Assembly: GCA_028275775.1 (NCBI GenBank)
Contig: JAPWTZ010000007.1
Span: 1 to 25,532 of the forward strand
DNA length: 25,532 bases
Source of the DNA: Candidatus Nanopusillus sp.
Lineage (GTDB): Archaea > Nanobdellota > Nanobdellia > Nanobdellales > Nanobdellaceae
Direction of reading: 5' to 3'
Position numbers and translations under genes: made by a program. Below the pieces are notes generated by a model, which did not search any database, was not told the origin of the DNA, and saw only the letters and a list, made by a program, of their open reading frames with translations. Positions within the stretch are counted from its first letter, which is position 1; each line of letters starts with the position of its first letter. Shown here one piece after another: positions 14,771-22,139 of this stretch.

Positions 14771-16696
14771 ATGAATAACAGAGTAGTAGTAACAATAAGA
14801 AAATTGTTTGGTTTTTTATTAGGAATAGTATTGTTAGCATTTGGAATACATTCACAACAATTATTAATAGAACCACAAACACAAACATTATTAGCAAATG
14901 CAGCAAATAATTTAACATTTACAATAAAATTATATGGAGTAGAACAGGTACCTGAAGAGGCATATATGTACTTTAATATATATGCACCAAATGGACAATT
15001 AATATATCAATATTATGAACCAATATCAGTATGTACAGGATTAAATATATATCAAGTATCAGTAAATCCTTTAGAATTAGAGAATTTAGTACAACAGTAT
15101 AGTTCAGTAAGTTCATGTACATATTATGGATGTTCAACACAACAATATTATAATTTCACAGTACAGGTAAATGTAACATTATTATATCCATCATGTCCAG
15201 AATATGTAACAGCAGAACAAACATATAATATAACATTTGTACCATATAATTTAACATTATCAATAGTACAATTACCAGAAGTAATTTCACAACAACAAGC
15301 AGAACAATATGGAATAAATGTAGAATCAGTAGTATATTTACAAAATGTTGAAACAAATATACAATCTTCAACATTAACATTAACATTATATAATTCACAA
15401 GGAAATATTATATATCAAACACAAGAAAATGTAAATTTACAACCTGGAGAAAACTTATTAACAGTAAATATACCAAACTATTATTTAGAAAATGTACAAG
15501 GACAAATGTATGTATTAGAACAATTGAATGTTGTATTATCTAATGGACAAGTATTAACACAACAAGCAGAACAATCATTCTATATATCAAATAGTCAAAA
15601 TGGAGAAAATATACAAGTAATTTCAATATCACCAAACTTCAATTCATTAACTAATTTAATTAATTCTATATATAATGTAGAAGTATTAATGGAGAATCCA
15701 GGTTATCAAACAGTAAATGCAACAGTTCAAATGTTAGTATATGATCAATATGGAGATTTAGTATATAATTTACAAGGTTCACAAACAATATCTCCAAATT
15801 CTCAAGGAGAAGTAATATTACCATTAAATACAATAGGATTACAACCAGGATATTATACAATAATATTATATGTATATCAAAATGGAGTAGAAGTATATCA
15901 ATATAATTATACAATAACAATAAATGAACAACAAATACAACCAGTAAATGTATTAAGTGTATATACAAATACATTTAATGTAAAACCAGGACAATTTGTA
16001 GAATTATATGTAAATTTAGAATCTAATTTGCCAATGAATATACAGGTACAACCAATAGTAGAATCAGAAGAATTAAATATATTCCAGCAATTATCAACAA
16101 TAACATTATCACCAAATCAAGTAACACAATTACCAGTAGTAATATATGTTCCAGAGAATTTAATGGCAGGATATTATCCAATAGAATTTGTATTTAATTA
16201 TAATGGAATATCACAAACATATACATATAATTTATATGTAAATGGAACAAAGATAGTACCAAAACCAATAAGTGCATCATTGGTTGGATATGTACCATTA
16301 AAATATGGACAAAATTCAACAATATACTTAGTAATAAGTTCAAATACAACACAGATATATAATTTATTAATACAGGCATATGCTGTTGGAGGAGAAGTAT
16401 ATCCAGAACAAGAAGAAATACAAATAGGAGGTATATATAGTGAAAAAATACCATTAAATGTAACTGCAGAAAGTAATAATGTAACAGTATATGTAAATAT
16501 AATAGATCAACAAACAGGAAAATTATTATATTCATTAAATGAAACATATTCAGTATCTCAAGTACCTTCTGTACCATTATTATCATCAGAATTAATATTC
16601 TGGATATTAGTAATATTGGCAATAATAATAATAGCTGCAGTATTAATAGAATCAAGAAAAGGAGGTAAAAAGGAAAGGGAAAAAGCTGAAGAATAA
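14771..16696 (+). CDS. Large secreted/surface protein (S-layer- or adhesin-like): N-terminal signal/anchor, repeated beta-rich modules, C-terminal TM anchor with a basic tail
   Basis: 641 aa. The N-terminal hydrophobic segment is LFGFLLGIVLLAFGI, and the C-terminal TM is LIFWILVILAIIIIAAVLI followed by SRKGGKKEREKAEE. The body is rich in Q/N/Y/V/T and poor in Lys/Arg/Asp. It carries at least a dozen N-x-S/T sequons. Module-like segments recur, e.g. LYNSQGNIIYQTQENVNLQPGENLLTVNIP and VYDQYGDLVYNLQGSQTISPNSQGEVILPL. Confidence 0.85.
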   Translation: MNNRVVVTIRKLFGFLLGIVLLAFGIHSQQLLIEPQTQTLLANAANNLTFTIKLYGVEQVPEEAYMYFNIYAPNGQLIYQYYEPISVCTGLNIYQVSVNPLELENLVQQYSSVSSCTYYGCSTQQYYNFTVQVNVTLLYPSCPEYVTAEQTYNITFVPYNLTLSIVQLPEVISQQQAEQYGINVESVVYLQNVETNIQSSTLTLTLYNSQGNIIYQTQENVNLQPGENLLTVNIPNYYLENVQGQMYVLEQLNVVLSNGQVLTQQAEQSFYISNSQNGENIQVISISPNFNSLTNLINSIYNVEVLMENPGYQTVNATVQMLVYDQYGDLVYNLQGSQTISPNSQGEVILPLNTIGLQPGYYTIILYVYQNGVEVYQYNYTITINEQQIQPVNVLSVYTNTFNVKPGQFVELYVNLESNLPMNIQVQPIVESEELNIFQQLSTITLSPNQVTQLPVVIYVPENLMAGYYPIEFVFNYNGISQTYTYNLYVNGTKIVPKPISASLVGYVPLKYGQNSTIYLVISSNTTQIYNLLIQAYAVGGEVYPEQEEIQIGGIYSEKIPLNVTAESNNVTVYVNIIDQQTGKLLYSLNETYSVSQVPSVPLLSSELIFWILVILAIIIIAAVLIESRKGGKKEREKAEE

Positions 16697-16702
16697 TTTT
16701 TT
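16697..16702 (+). terminator. Oligo-T tract (TTTTTT) immediately after the surface-protein stop codon
   Basis: A T6 run directly follows TAA (16694-16696). Oligo-T tracts are the usual archaeal termination signal. Confidence 0.4.
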
Positions 16703-16703
16703 A

Positions 16704-16751
16704 TCTGTTAGCTTTAATTCATCATTTTTCAGCCTGGGACGGTTTCTTCAT
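16704..16751 (-). ncRNA. Candidate C/D-box sRNA (C-12 nt-D'-3 nt-C'-11 nt-D)
   Basis: The minus strand reads AUGAAGA (C, 16751-16745), AACCGUCCCAGG, CUGA (D', 16732-16729), AAA, AUGAUGA (C', 16725-16719), AUUAAAGCUAA, CAGA (D, 16707-16704). The internal boxes are canonical and the 12-nt spacing is canonical. Each terminal box deviates at one position. It sits in a G+C-enriched island in a convergent intergenic region. Confidence 0.55.
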
Positions 16752-16753
16752 TT

Positions 16754-16807
16754 TGTACCCCTACTAACTCAACCTTTTTCATCTATCTAAGGTTACCCTA
16801 GTAGGGG
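16754..16807 (-). ncRNA. Imperfect hairpin followed by an ACA triplet (H/ACA-like element or 3'-UTR structure), contiguous with the C/D candidate
   Basis: A 9-bp stem pairs CCCCUACUA (16807-16799) with UAGUAGGGG (16766-16758). Next is a 4x4 internal loop (GGGU/GAGU), then a 4-bp stem AACC/GGUU, then a 16-nt loop UUAGAUAGAUGAAAAA. ACA sits at 16756-16754, exactly 14 nt after the upper stem. The element starts 1 nt after the TAG of the 16808-17335 gene. Confidence 0.35.
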
Positions 16808-17335
16808 CTATATATATCTTAGAAAATTAATTATTATATCTTTATTTAAAACTTCTGGATGGAACAATGAAAAATATATATTTTTATATTTATATAATAC
16901 AGGAATATTTTCTACTTTTCCAATTATATAGAATTTTTCATCAATCTTTGGAATTTTTGTTATTAAAAAATATGCTTCAAAATCTTTATTAATTATTTTA
17001 TCTTTATTTATTACTTTTACATAATATTTTCCAATCAATTCTTTATCTTCAAAATCATAATTTAATAATTTTATTAATATTTGGCTTCCAGAACATATTG
17101 CGAGAGTTTTTATATTGTTTTTAATTATAAATTCAAAATTCTTTATATAGTTTAAATAATCAAAATCCATTATTGCAGTACCTGTTATTATTATTTTTTC
17201 AAAATATTCATTTATTTTATCTTTATATGAAAAAACTTTATAATTAATGTTTAATTCTTTTAAAATATTTATTATTGGATATAAAAATTCATATTTTGAT
17301 AATTCTTCTTTATTTGTATGAATTATTCCAATCAT
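16808..17335 (-). CDS. Class I glutamine amidotransferase, stand-alone small subunit (GuaA-subunit-A-like)
   Basis: 175 aa with nucleophile elbow LAICSGSQIL (G-x-C-x-G-x-Q type) and C-terminal LFHPEV (His-x-Glu of the triad). The start forms an ATGA overlap with the upstream gene (17332-17335). Confidence 0.75.
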   Translation of the reverse strand: MIGIIHTNKEELSKYEFLYPIINILKELNINYKVFSYKDKINEYFEKIIITGTAIMDFDYLNYIKNFEFIIKNNIKTLAICSGSQILIKLLNYDFEDKELIGKYYVKVINKDKIINKDFEAYFLITKIPKIDEKFYIIGKVENIPVLYKYKNIYFSLFHPEVLNKDIIINFLRYI

Positions 17336-17997
17336 TCTAAATAAGCATCCTTTATAATATATTCTGCGTAATTTTTTTCTATCTTTATTTCATAATCTTT
17401 TATTATTATTCTTTTATTAAATAATGGTTGATATAAAACAAATGTTTCATATTCTCCTCCTTCTCCCGCAATATTTATTTTATATTTTTCTTTATATTCA
17501 ATTAATTTTTTTATTATATTTTCATCAACAACTTTTCCTAAAATATTTGTATCTAAAGGATATGTATACCATCCAACAATTATAAATTGAAAATTATTTT
17601 TCAATAATTCATATAAATATTCTTTTTCATCTTTTAACCATAATGGATTGAAACACCATAGATTTAATCTTTTACATATTCTTTGAAATCTTGATCCTTG
17701 ATATGTAGATCTAATTGCTCCAGTAACAATTCCATCAATGTTATATTTTTCTTTTAAATATTTTAATGCTTCAAATAATGTTTCTTCTTCATTATTATTT
17801 ATATAAAATCTTTCTATAGGTATATTTAATGCTTTTGATTGTAATTCAGTTAAATTATTATTAATATAATGATATAAATAACTTTCATTATTTTTTGGGA
17901 TTATATTTAATAGTACAGATATTTCATGATATTTTGATGCAATATATAATGAATAATTTGAATCTTTTCCTCCAGAATATAATACTGCAAGTTTCAT
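17332..17997 (-). CDS. dph6: Diphthine-ammonia ligase (Dph6 / MJ0570-DUF71 family N-type ATP pyrophosphatase)
   Basis: MKLAVLYSGGKDSNYSLY (PP-loop SGGxDS), ...ESYLYH..., DGIVTGAIRSTYQ, and the family-specific IAGEGGEYETFVL motif. Confidence 0.85.
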   Translation of the reverse strand: MKLAVLYSGGKDSNYSLYIASKYHEISVLLNIIPKNNESYLYHYINNNLTELQSKALNIPIERFYINNNEEETLFEALKYLKEKYNIDGIVTGAIRSTYQGSRFQRICKRLNLWCFNPLWLKDEKEYLYELLKNNFQFIIVGWYTYPLDTNILGKVVDENIIKKLIEYKEKYKINIAGEGGEYETFVLYQPLFNKRIIIKDYEIKIEKNYAEYIIKDAYLE

Positions 17998-18587
17998 ACA
18001 ATATTTTTTGGTATAGAGCTTATTAAATTATGTATTAAATTGTATAAATAATTTTCAGGTAATTTTTGATAAATTATATTACAATTTTCTGAATAACAAA
18101 AAACATTATTATTATATAAAAATACATCATCATTTACAATTATTATTGGATATGTTATATTTATATAATATGTTACATTTGAACAATATGGAAATTCAAT
18201 GCATCTTATCATTGGACACATTTCTCTTGGTTTACATGTTATATTACATGGATTTGGTAAACATTCTTCAATTGTTATACTATAATAAAATGTTTGATTA
18301 CAAAAAATAAATGAAGTAGTATTAATATATCCTACTAATGGTATTATATAATTTATCCCAGGTCCTTCATTTTTTATTATAAAATATCCATTTGTAATAT
18401 TATACTGATAACAACCTTTTCCATATAGATTCAATAAATATAATGACAAATTTTGATTATTTATTGTAATATTTGTTTTTTCTAAAACATAGTTATTATT
18501 AAAGTTTACATTATTTAATAAAAATATAAAAAATAAAATTAATATAGATATTATTCCTAGGATTATTGTATAAAAATAAGATCTCAT
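17994..18587 (-). CDS. Secreted/anchored Cys-rich, sequon-rich protein with an M-R-S + hydrophobic N-terminus (pilin-like class III signal candidate)
   Basis: I chose the start at M63 of the track ORF (ATG 18587-18585). The upstream 62 codons overlap the plus-strand CDGSH gene and look non-coding. The N-terminus is MRSYFYTIILGIISILILFFIFLL. There are about 14 Cys, including CLPNPCNITCKPREMCPMIRCIEFPYC, and about 8 N-x-S/T sequons. Its stop forms an ATGA overlap with the dph6 start. Confidence 0.65.
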   Translation of the reverse strand: MRSYFYTIILGIISILILFFIFLLNNVNFNNNYVLEKTNITINNQNLSLYLLNLYGKGCYQYNITNGYFIIKNEGPGINYIIPLVGYINTTSFIFCNQTFYYSITIEECLPNPCNITCKPREMCPMIRCIEFPYCSNVTYYINITYPIIIVNDDVFLYNNNVFCYSENCNIIYQKLPENYLYNLIHNLISSIPKNIV

Positions 18588-18625
18588 GATAAATATTTTT
18601 AAGATTTTTTTAAAAGGTTTTAATA

Positions 18626-18802
18626 ATGGTAGAAATTGTAATAAAGGGATATGAAAACGGACCATATGAAATATCGGTAAATGGAGAAGTATTATATCAT
18701 TTATGTAGGTGTGGTAATTCACAAAATAAACCATATTGTGATGGAAGTCATAGAAAAGTTGGATTTCAGGCAAAATCTTTTGAATTAAAGATTAATAAAT
18801 AA
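18626..18802 (+). CDS. CDGSH-type iron-sulfur domain miniprotein, 58 aa; absent from the ORF track
   Basis: Manual translation gives MVEIVIKGYENGPYEISVNGEVLYHLCRCGNSQNKPYCDGSHRKVGFQAKSFELKINK. It contains a complete C-x-C-x2-S-x3-P-x-C-D-G-S-H signature. Confidence 0.85.
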   Translation: MVEIVIKGYENGPYEISVNGEVLYHLCRCGNSQNKPYCDGSHRKVGFQAKSFELKINK

Positions 18803-18903
18803 TCCTTTAAAATATTTACTCTAAATATCCTATATTTTTATAAAGATAACAATATATAATACCATAAAATTTATTTTAAAATATTACTTTTCATTTTATT
18901 ATA

Positions 18904-21108
18904 ATGGCTACTCTAACTGAAAGAATATTGCAAGTTATGAATAATCCGAATAATATAAGAAACATAGGTATAATTGCGCATATACATCATGGAAAGACAA
19001 CATTAACAGATTCTTTATTGGCAGGTGCAGGAATGTTGGCAGAAGAACTTGCAGGTGAGGCAATGTTTACATGGTGGCATGAAACTGAAAGAGAAAGGGA
19101 AATAACAGTATATGGGGCTGCAGTTTCAATGGTTCATAATTATGAAAATCAAGATTATTTAATAAATTTAATAGATACTCCAGGACATGTAGAATTTTCA
19201 GGACAGGTTACTAGAGCTGCTAGGGCAATTGATGGTGCAGTTGTTGTAGTAGATTTTGTTGATGGAATAATGCCTCAAACAGAAACTGTGTTAAGGACTG
19301 CATTAAAAGAATATGTAAAACCAGTATTATTTATAAATAAAACTGATAGAGCAATTACAGAATTAAAATTATCTCCACAACAAATTATGGAAAGGATTGG
19401 AAAAATAGTTATTGAAATAAATAGATTAATTGATAAATATTCTCCTCCAGAATTTAAGGGAAAATGGAATGTAAATGTAAATGATGGATCTGTTGCATTT
19501 GGATCTGCAAAATTTCATTGGGCATTATCAGTACCTTTTATGAAAAAATATAATGTTTCATTTAAAGATATAATTGAAATATATAATCAATTTTCAGAAG
19601 ATAAAGAAAAATTAAAGGAAGAAATGAGAAAAAGGGCACCAGTTGCAAAAGTTGTATTAGATATGGTTATAAGGCATTTACCCTCCCCAGTTGAGGCTCA
19701 AAAATATAGAATCCCCCATATATGGAAGGGAGATATAAATTCAGATGTTGGAAAAGCAATGTTGAATTTAGATTCAAATGGACCAATAGTAATAAATGTA
19801 ACAAATGTAATAATTGATAAGGTATCAAAACAAGAAATTGCAACTGCAAGAATATTTTCAGGTACATTATCAAAAGGAGATGATGTATATTTAATCCAGG
19901 CTGGAAGACAAATAAAAATACAACAGGTTGCTGTATGGAAAGGAATACAAAGAATAAATGTAGATTCTGTAAAGGCTGGTAATATAATTGCTTTAGTTGG
20001 GATAAGAGGATTATATCCTGGGGAAACAATTGTTGGAAAAGTTCAGGATCCAAAAAGTGTTGAAACATTTGAAGAAATGAAACATTGGTTAGATCCTGTA
20101 GTTACAAAATCATTTGAACCTAAGAATCCAAATGATTTACCAAAATTAATTGAAACATTAGATCTATTAACAAGAGAAGATCCAACAATAAAAGTTGAAC
20201 AAAACAAGGATACTGGAGAAATTTTGGTATCTGGTTTGGGAGATTTACATTTGCAAATAATAGAATATAGAGTACAAAATGATTTTGGAATACCTGTAAA
20301 GGTTGGGAATCCAATAGTAATTTATAGAGAATCTGTTAATGGAATTACACAAGTATATGAAGGAAAATCTCCAAACAAACATAATAAAATATATATACAA
20401 ATTGAACCTTTACCATATGAAATATATGAAAAAATGAGGGAATATATTAGGGAAGGAAAATTACCTGAGGGAAGGATTAAAAAAGAAGATGTATGGAAAG
20501 TATTTAATGAAATTGGATTTGATAAAGAAGAGGCAAGGAGGATTATAATGGTACATAATGGAAATGTATTGATTGATATGACAAGGGGTATTGTTCATTT
20601 ACCAGAAGTAATAGAATATATTGTAGAAGGATTTAAGGAAGTAATGAATCAGGGTCCATTAGCATGGGAACCTGGTATAATGATGAAAGTAAAATTAATT
20701 GATGCAGTATTACATGAAGATGCAATTCATAGAGGTCCTGCTCAAATAATTCCTGCAACAAAAGATGCAATTAAGAGTGCAATTCTTGAGCAACCAACAT
20801 TATATGAACCATTACAAGTTATAAGGATCGATACCCCTCCAGAAACTGTTGGAGATGTAACATCAATATTACAATCAAGAAGGGGACAAATATTAGAAAT
20901 GAATATTGAAGAAGAAAGAGCAACAATTAAAGCAAAAGTACCTGTAGCAAATATGTTTGGATTTACAGATGAATTAAGATCTGCAACATCTGGAAGGGGT
21001 GTTTGGTTCTTAGAAGATCAGGTATATGAAAAAGTTCCAAAGGATTTACAACAACAAATAATAGATTCTATTAGAAAAAGAAAGGGAATACCTGAGGGAG
21101 TTCACTAA
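18904..21108 (+). CDS. fusA: Translation elongation factor 2 (aEF-2)
   Basis: G-domain motifs AHIHHGKTTL, DTPGH and NKTD. Conserved domain IV holds the diphthamide loop LHEDAIHRGPAQIIP. 734 aa is the usual aEF-2 length. Confidence 0.95.
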   Translation: MATLTERILQVMNNPNNIRNIGIIAHIHHGKTTLTDSLLAGAGMLAEELAGEAMFTWWHETEREREITVYGAAVSMVHNYENQDYLINLIDTPGHVEFSGQVTRAARAIDGAVVVVDFVDGIMPQTETVLRTALKEYVKPVLFINKTDRAITELKLSPQQIMERIGKIVIEINRLIDKYSPPEFKGKWNVNVNDGSVAFGSAKFHWALSVPFMKKYNVSFKDIIEIYNQFSEDKEKLKEEMRKRAPVAKVVLDMVIRHLPSPVEAQKYRIPHIWKGDINSDVGKAMLNLDSNGPIVINVTNVIIDKVSKQEIATARIFSGTLSKGDDVYLIQAGRQIKIQQVAVWKGIQRINVDSVKAGNIIALVGIRGLYPGETIVGKVQDPKSVETFEEMKHWLDPVVTKSFEPKNPNDLPKLIETLDLLTREDPTIKVEQNKDTGEILVSGLGDLHLQIIEYRVQNDFGIPVKVGNPIVIYRESVNGITQVYEGKSPNKHNKIYIQIEPLPYEIYEKMREYIREGKLPEGRIKKEDVWKVFNEIGFDKEEARRIIMVHNGNVLIDMTRGIVHLPEVIEYIVEGFKEVMNQGPLAWEPGIMMKVKLIDAVLHEDAIHRGPAQIIPATKDAIKSAILEQPTLYEPLQVIRIDTPPETVGDVTSILQSRRGQILEMNIEEERATIKAKVPVANMFGFTDELRSATSGRGVWFLEDQVYEKVPKDLQQQIIDSIRKRKGIPEGVH

Positions 21109-21138
21109 ATTTTTATATAATAAAAATAATTATTTTTT

Positions 21139-21309
21139 ATGGGAAATAAAATTGGCGAATGTAAATATTGTAATAGGCCTGTATATGATGATGAAAAATA
21201 TAGAATAATAAATTTTAATGGAGAAAAGATGATTTTTCATATATCTTGTTTTAGAAAATTAAAAAAGGAAGCAATTGATTTAGTAAAGAAGGGATTTTTT
21301 AATTTCTAA
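21139..21309 (+). CDS. Small (56 aa) putative zinc-binding protein; absent from the ORF track
   Basis: Manual translation gives MGNKIGECKYCNRPVYDDEKYRIINFNGEKMIFHISCFRKLKKEAIDLVKKGFFNF, with C8-x2-C11 ... H34-x2-C37. A TATA-like TTTTATAT lies ~25 nt upstream. Its last 4 nt overlap the end of the convergent gene. Confidence 0.5.
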   Translation: MGNKIGECKYCNRPVYDDEKYRIINFNGEKMIFHISCFRKLKKEAIDLVKKGFFNF

Positions 21310-22139
21310 ATCTTTGGTTGATATATATGTATCATATATAAATATGTAATATATGAAAATGGGATAATTACAATAAAGAAAAATAATAATGAATTTAAAA
21401 TATTTACATTTCCTGATGCAATTGAAAATAGGAATGCTAAAATTAATAATACCATTGGAAATGTTATAAAGAAAAATGCATATAATGTTACCCACAAATT
21501 AACTTTTTCATTGTATTCCTTTAATTGTAATTCATATTCTTCTAAATTTTGTTTTGCATATATTCTTGCAAAATCTTTTAAAGAACCTCCAGATCTAATT
21601 ACTGATATTAATCCATATAAAAATTCTTTGAATTTTTCTGAAGGTGTTTTTTGAGCTAATTCTAATAATGCAGATAAAATATCATATCCAAAATTATCAA
21701 TCAATATTAATAAATATGAAATTTCTTTATTTATTGCTCCAAATCTTTTTTCTTTATTTAATAATTTAAATATATCTATTATATTCATTTGAGAACCTGA
21801 ATATGAATAAAAGTATAATGCAAAATATGGTAAATTATCTTCTATATCTTTTATATAATCTGCTTTTGCTAATGATGGATAAATATAAAAATAAATAAAT
21901 GTTAAAAAACCAACAATAATTCCAAATAAAACACTTACAGAAAATAATACTATATTATAGAAATTTAGATAGAAAATAAATATTAAGGATAGAGATATAA
22001 AGGATAAGAAAAATGTTAGGAAAGAATATTCTAATGTTATTTTTATATAATCTTCAATGGAAGTTTTAAATTGTGTATAAAATATATCATATTTTTTATC
22101 CTTAAAATATGGATATAATTTTTTTACTAAAAAGTTCAT
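21306..22139 (-). CDS. Type IV pilus/archaellum platform protein, single T2SS-F-domain form (FlaJ/TadC-like)
   Basis: 277 aa. The N-terminal TM pair is followed by a cytoplasmic helical region, NLPYFALYFY...FGYDILSALLELAQKTPSEKFKEFLYGLISVIRSGGSLKDFARIYA, which has the T2SSF pattern. C-terminal TMs follow. The start forms an ATGA overlap with the upstream ATPase gene. Confidence 0.75.
   Translation of the reverse strand: MNFLVKKLYPYFKDKKYDIFYTQFKTSIEDYIKITLEYSFLTFFLSFISLSLIFIFYLNFYNIVLFSVSVLFGIIVGFLTFIYFYIYPSLAKADYIKDIEDNLPYFALYFYSYSGSQMNIIDIFKLLNKEKRFGAINKEISYLLILIDNFGYDILSALLELAQKTPSEKFKEFLYGLISVIRSGGSLKDFARIYAKQNLEEYELQLKEYNEKVNLWVTLYAFFFITFPMVLLILAFLFSIASGNVNILNSLLFFFIVIIPFSYITYLYMIHIYQPKI

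Noticed and set aside
15156-16655. Minus-strand ORFs 15156-15398, 15666-15974 and 16194-16655 (Leu/Ile/His/Val-rich)
   Set aside because: They are antisense shadows of the surface-protein gene. That gene's CAA/AAT/TAT/GTA-rich codon usage keeps the opposite strand free of stops.
16733-16810. G+C-rich island considered as a split-tRNA half or tRNA gene (split tRNAs are known in Nanoarchaeota)
   Set aside because: Neither strand shows a D-arm (GG) or T-arm (GTTCRAATC-like) pattern, or a 7-bp acceptor plus anticodon-stem geometry. The sequence is better explained by the hairpin-ACA plus C/D-box reading.
19667-20314. Minus-strand ORFs 19667-20068 and 20120-20314
   Set aside because: They lie inside the unambiguous aEF-2 gene on the other strand and have no motifs.
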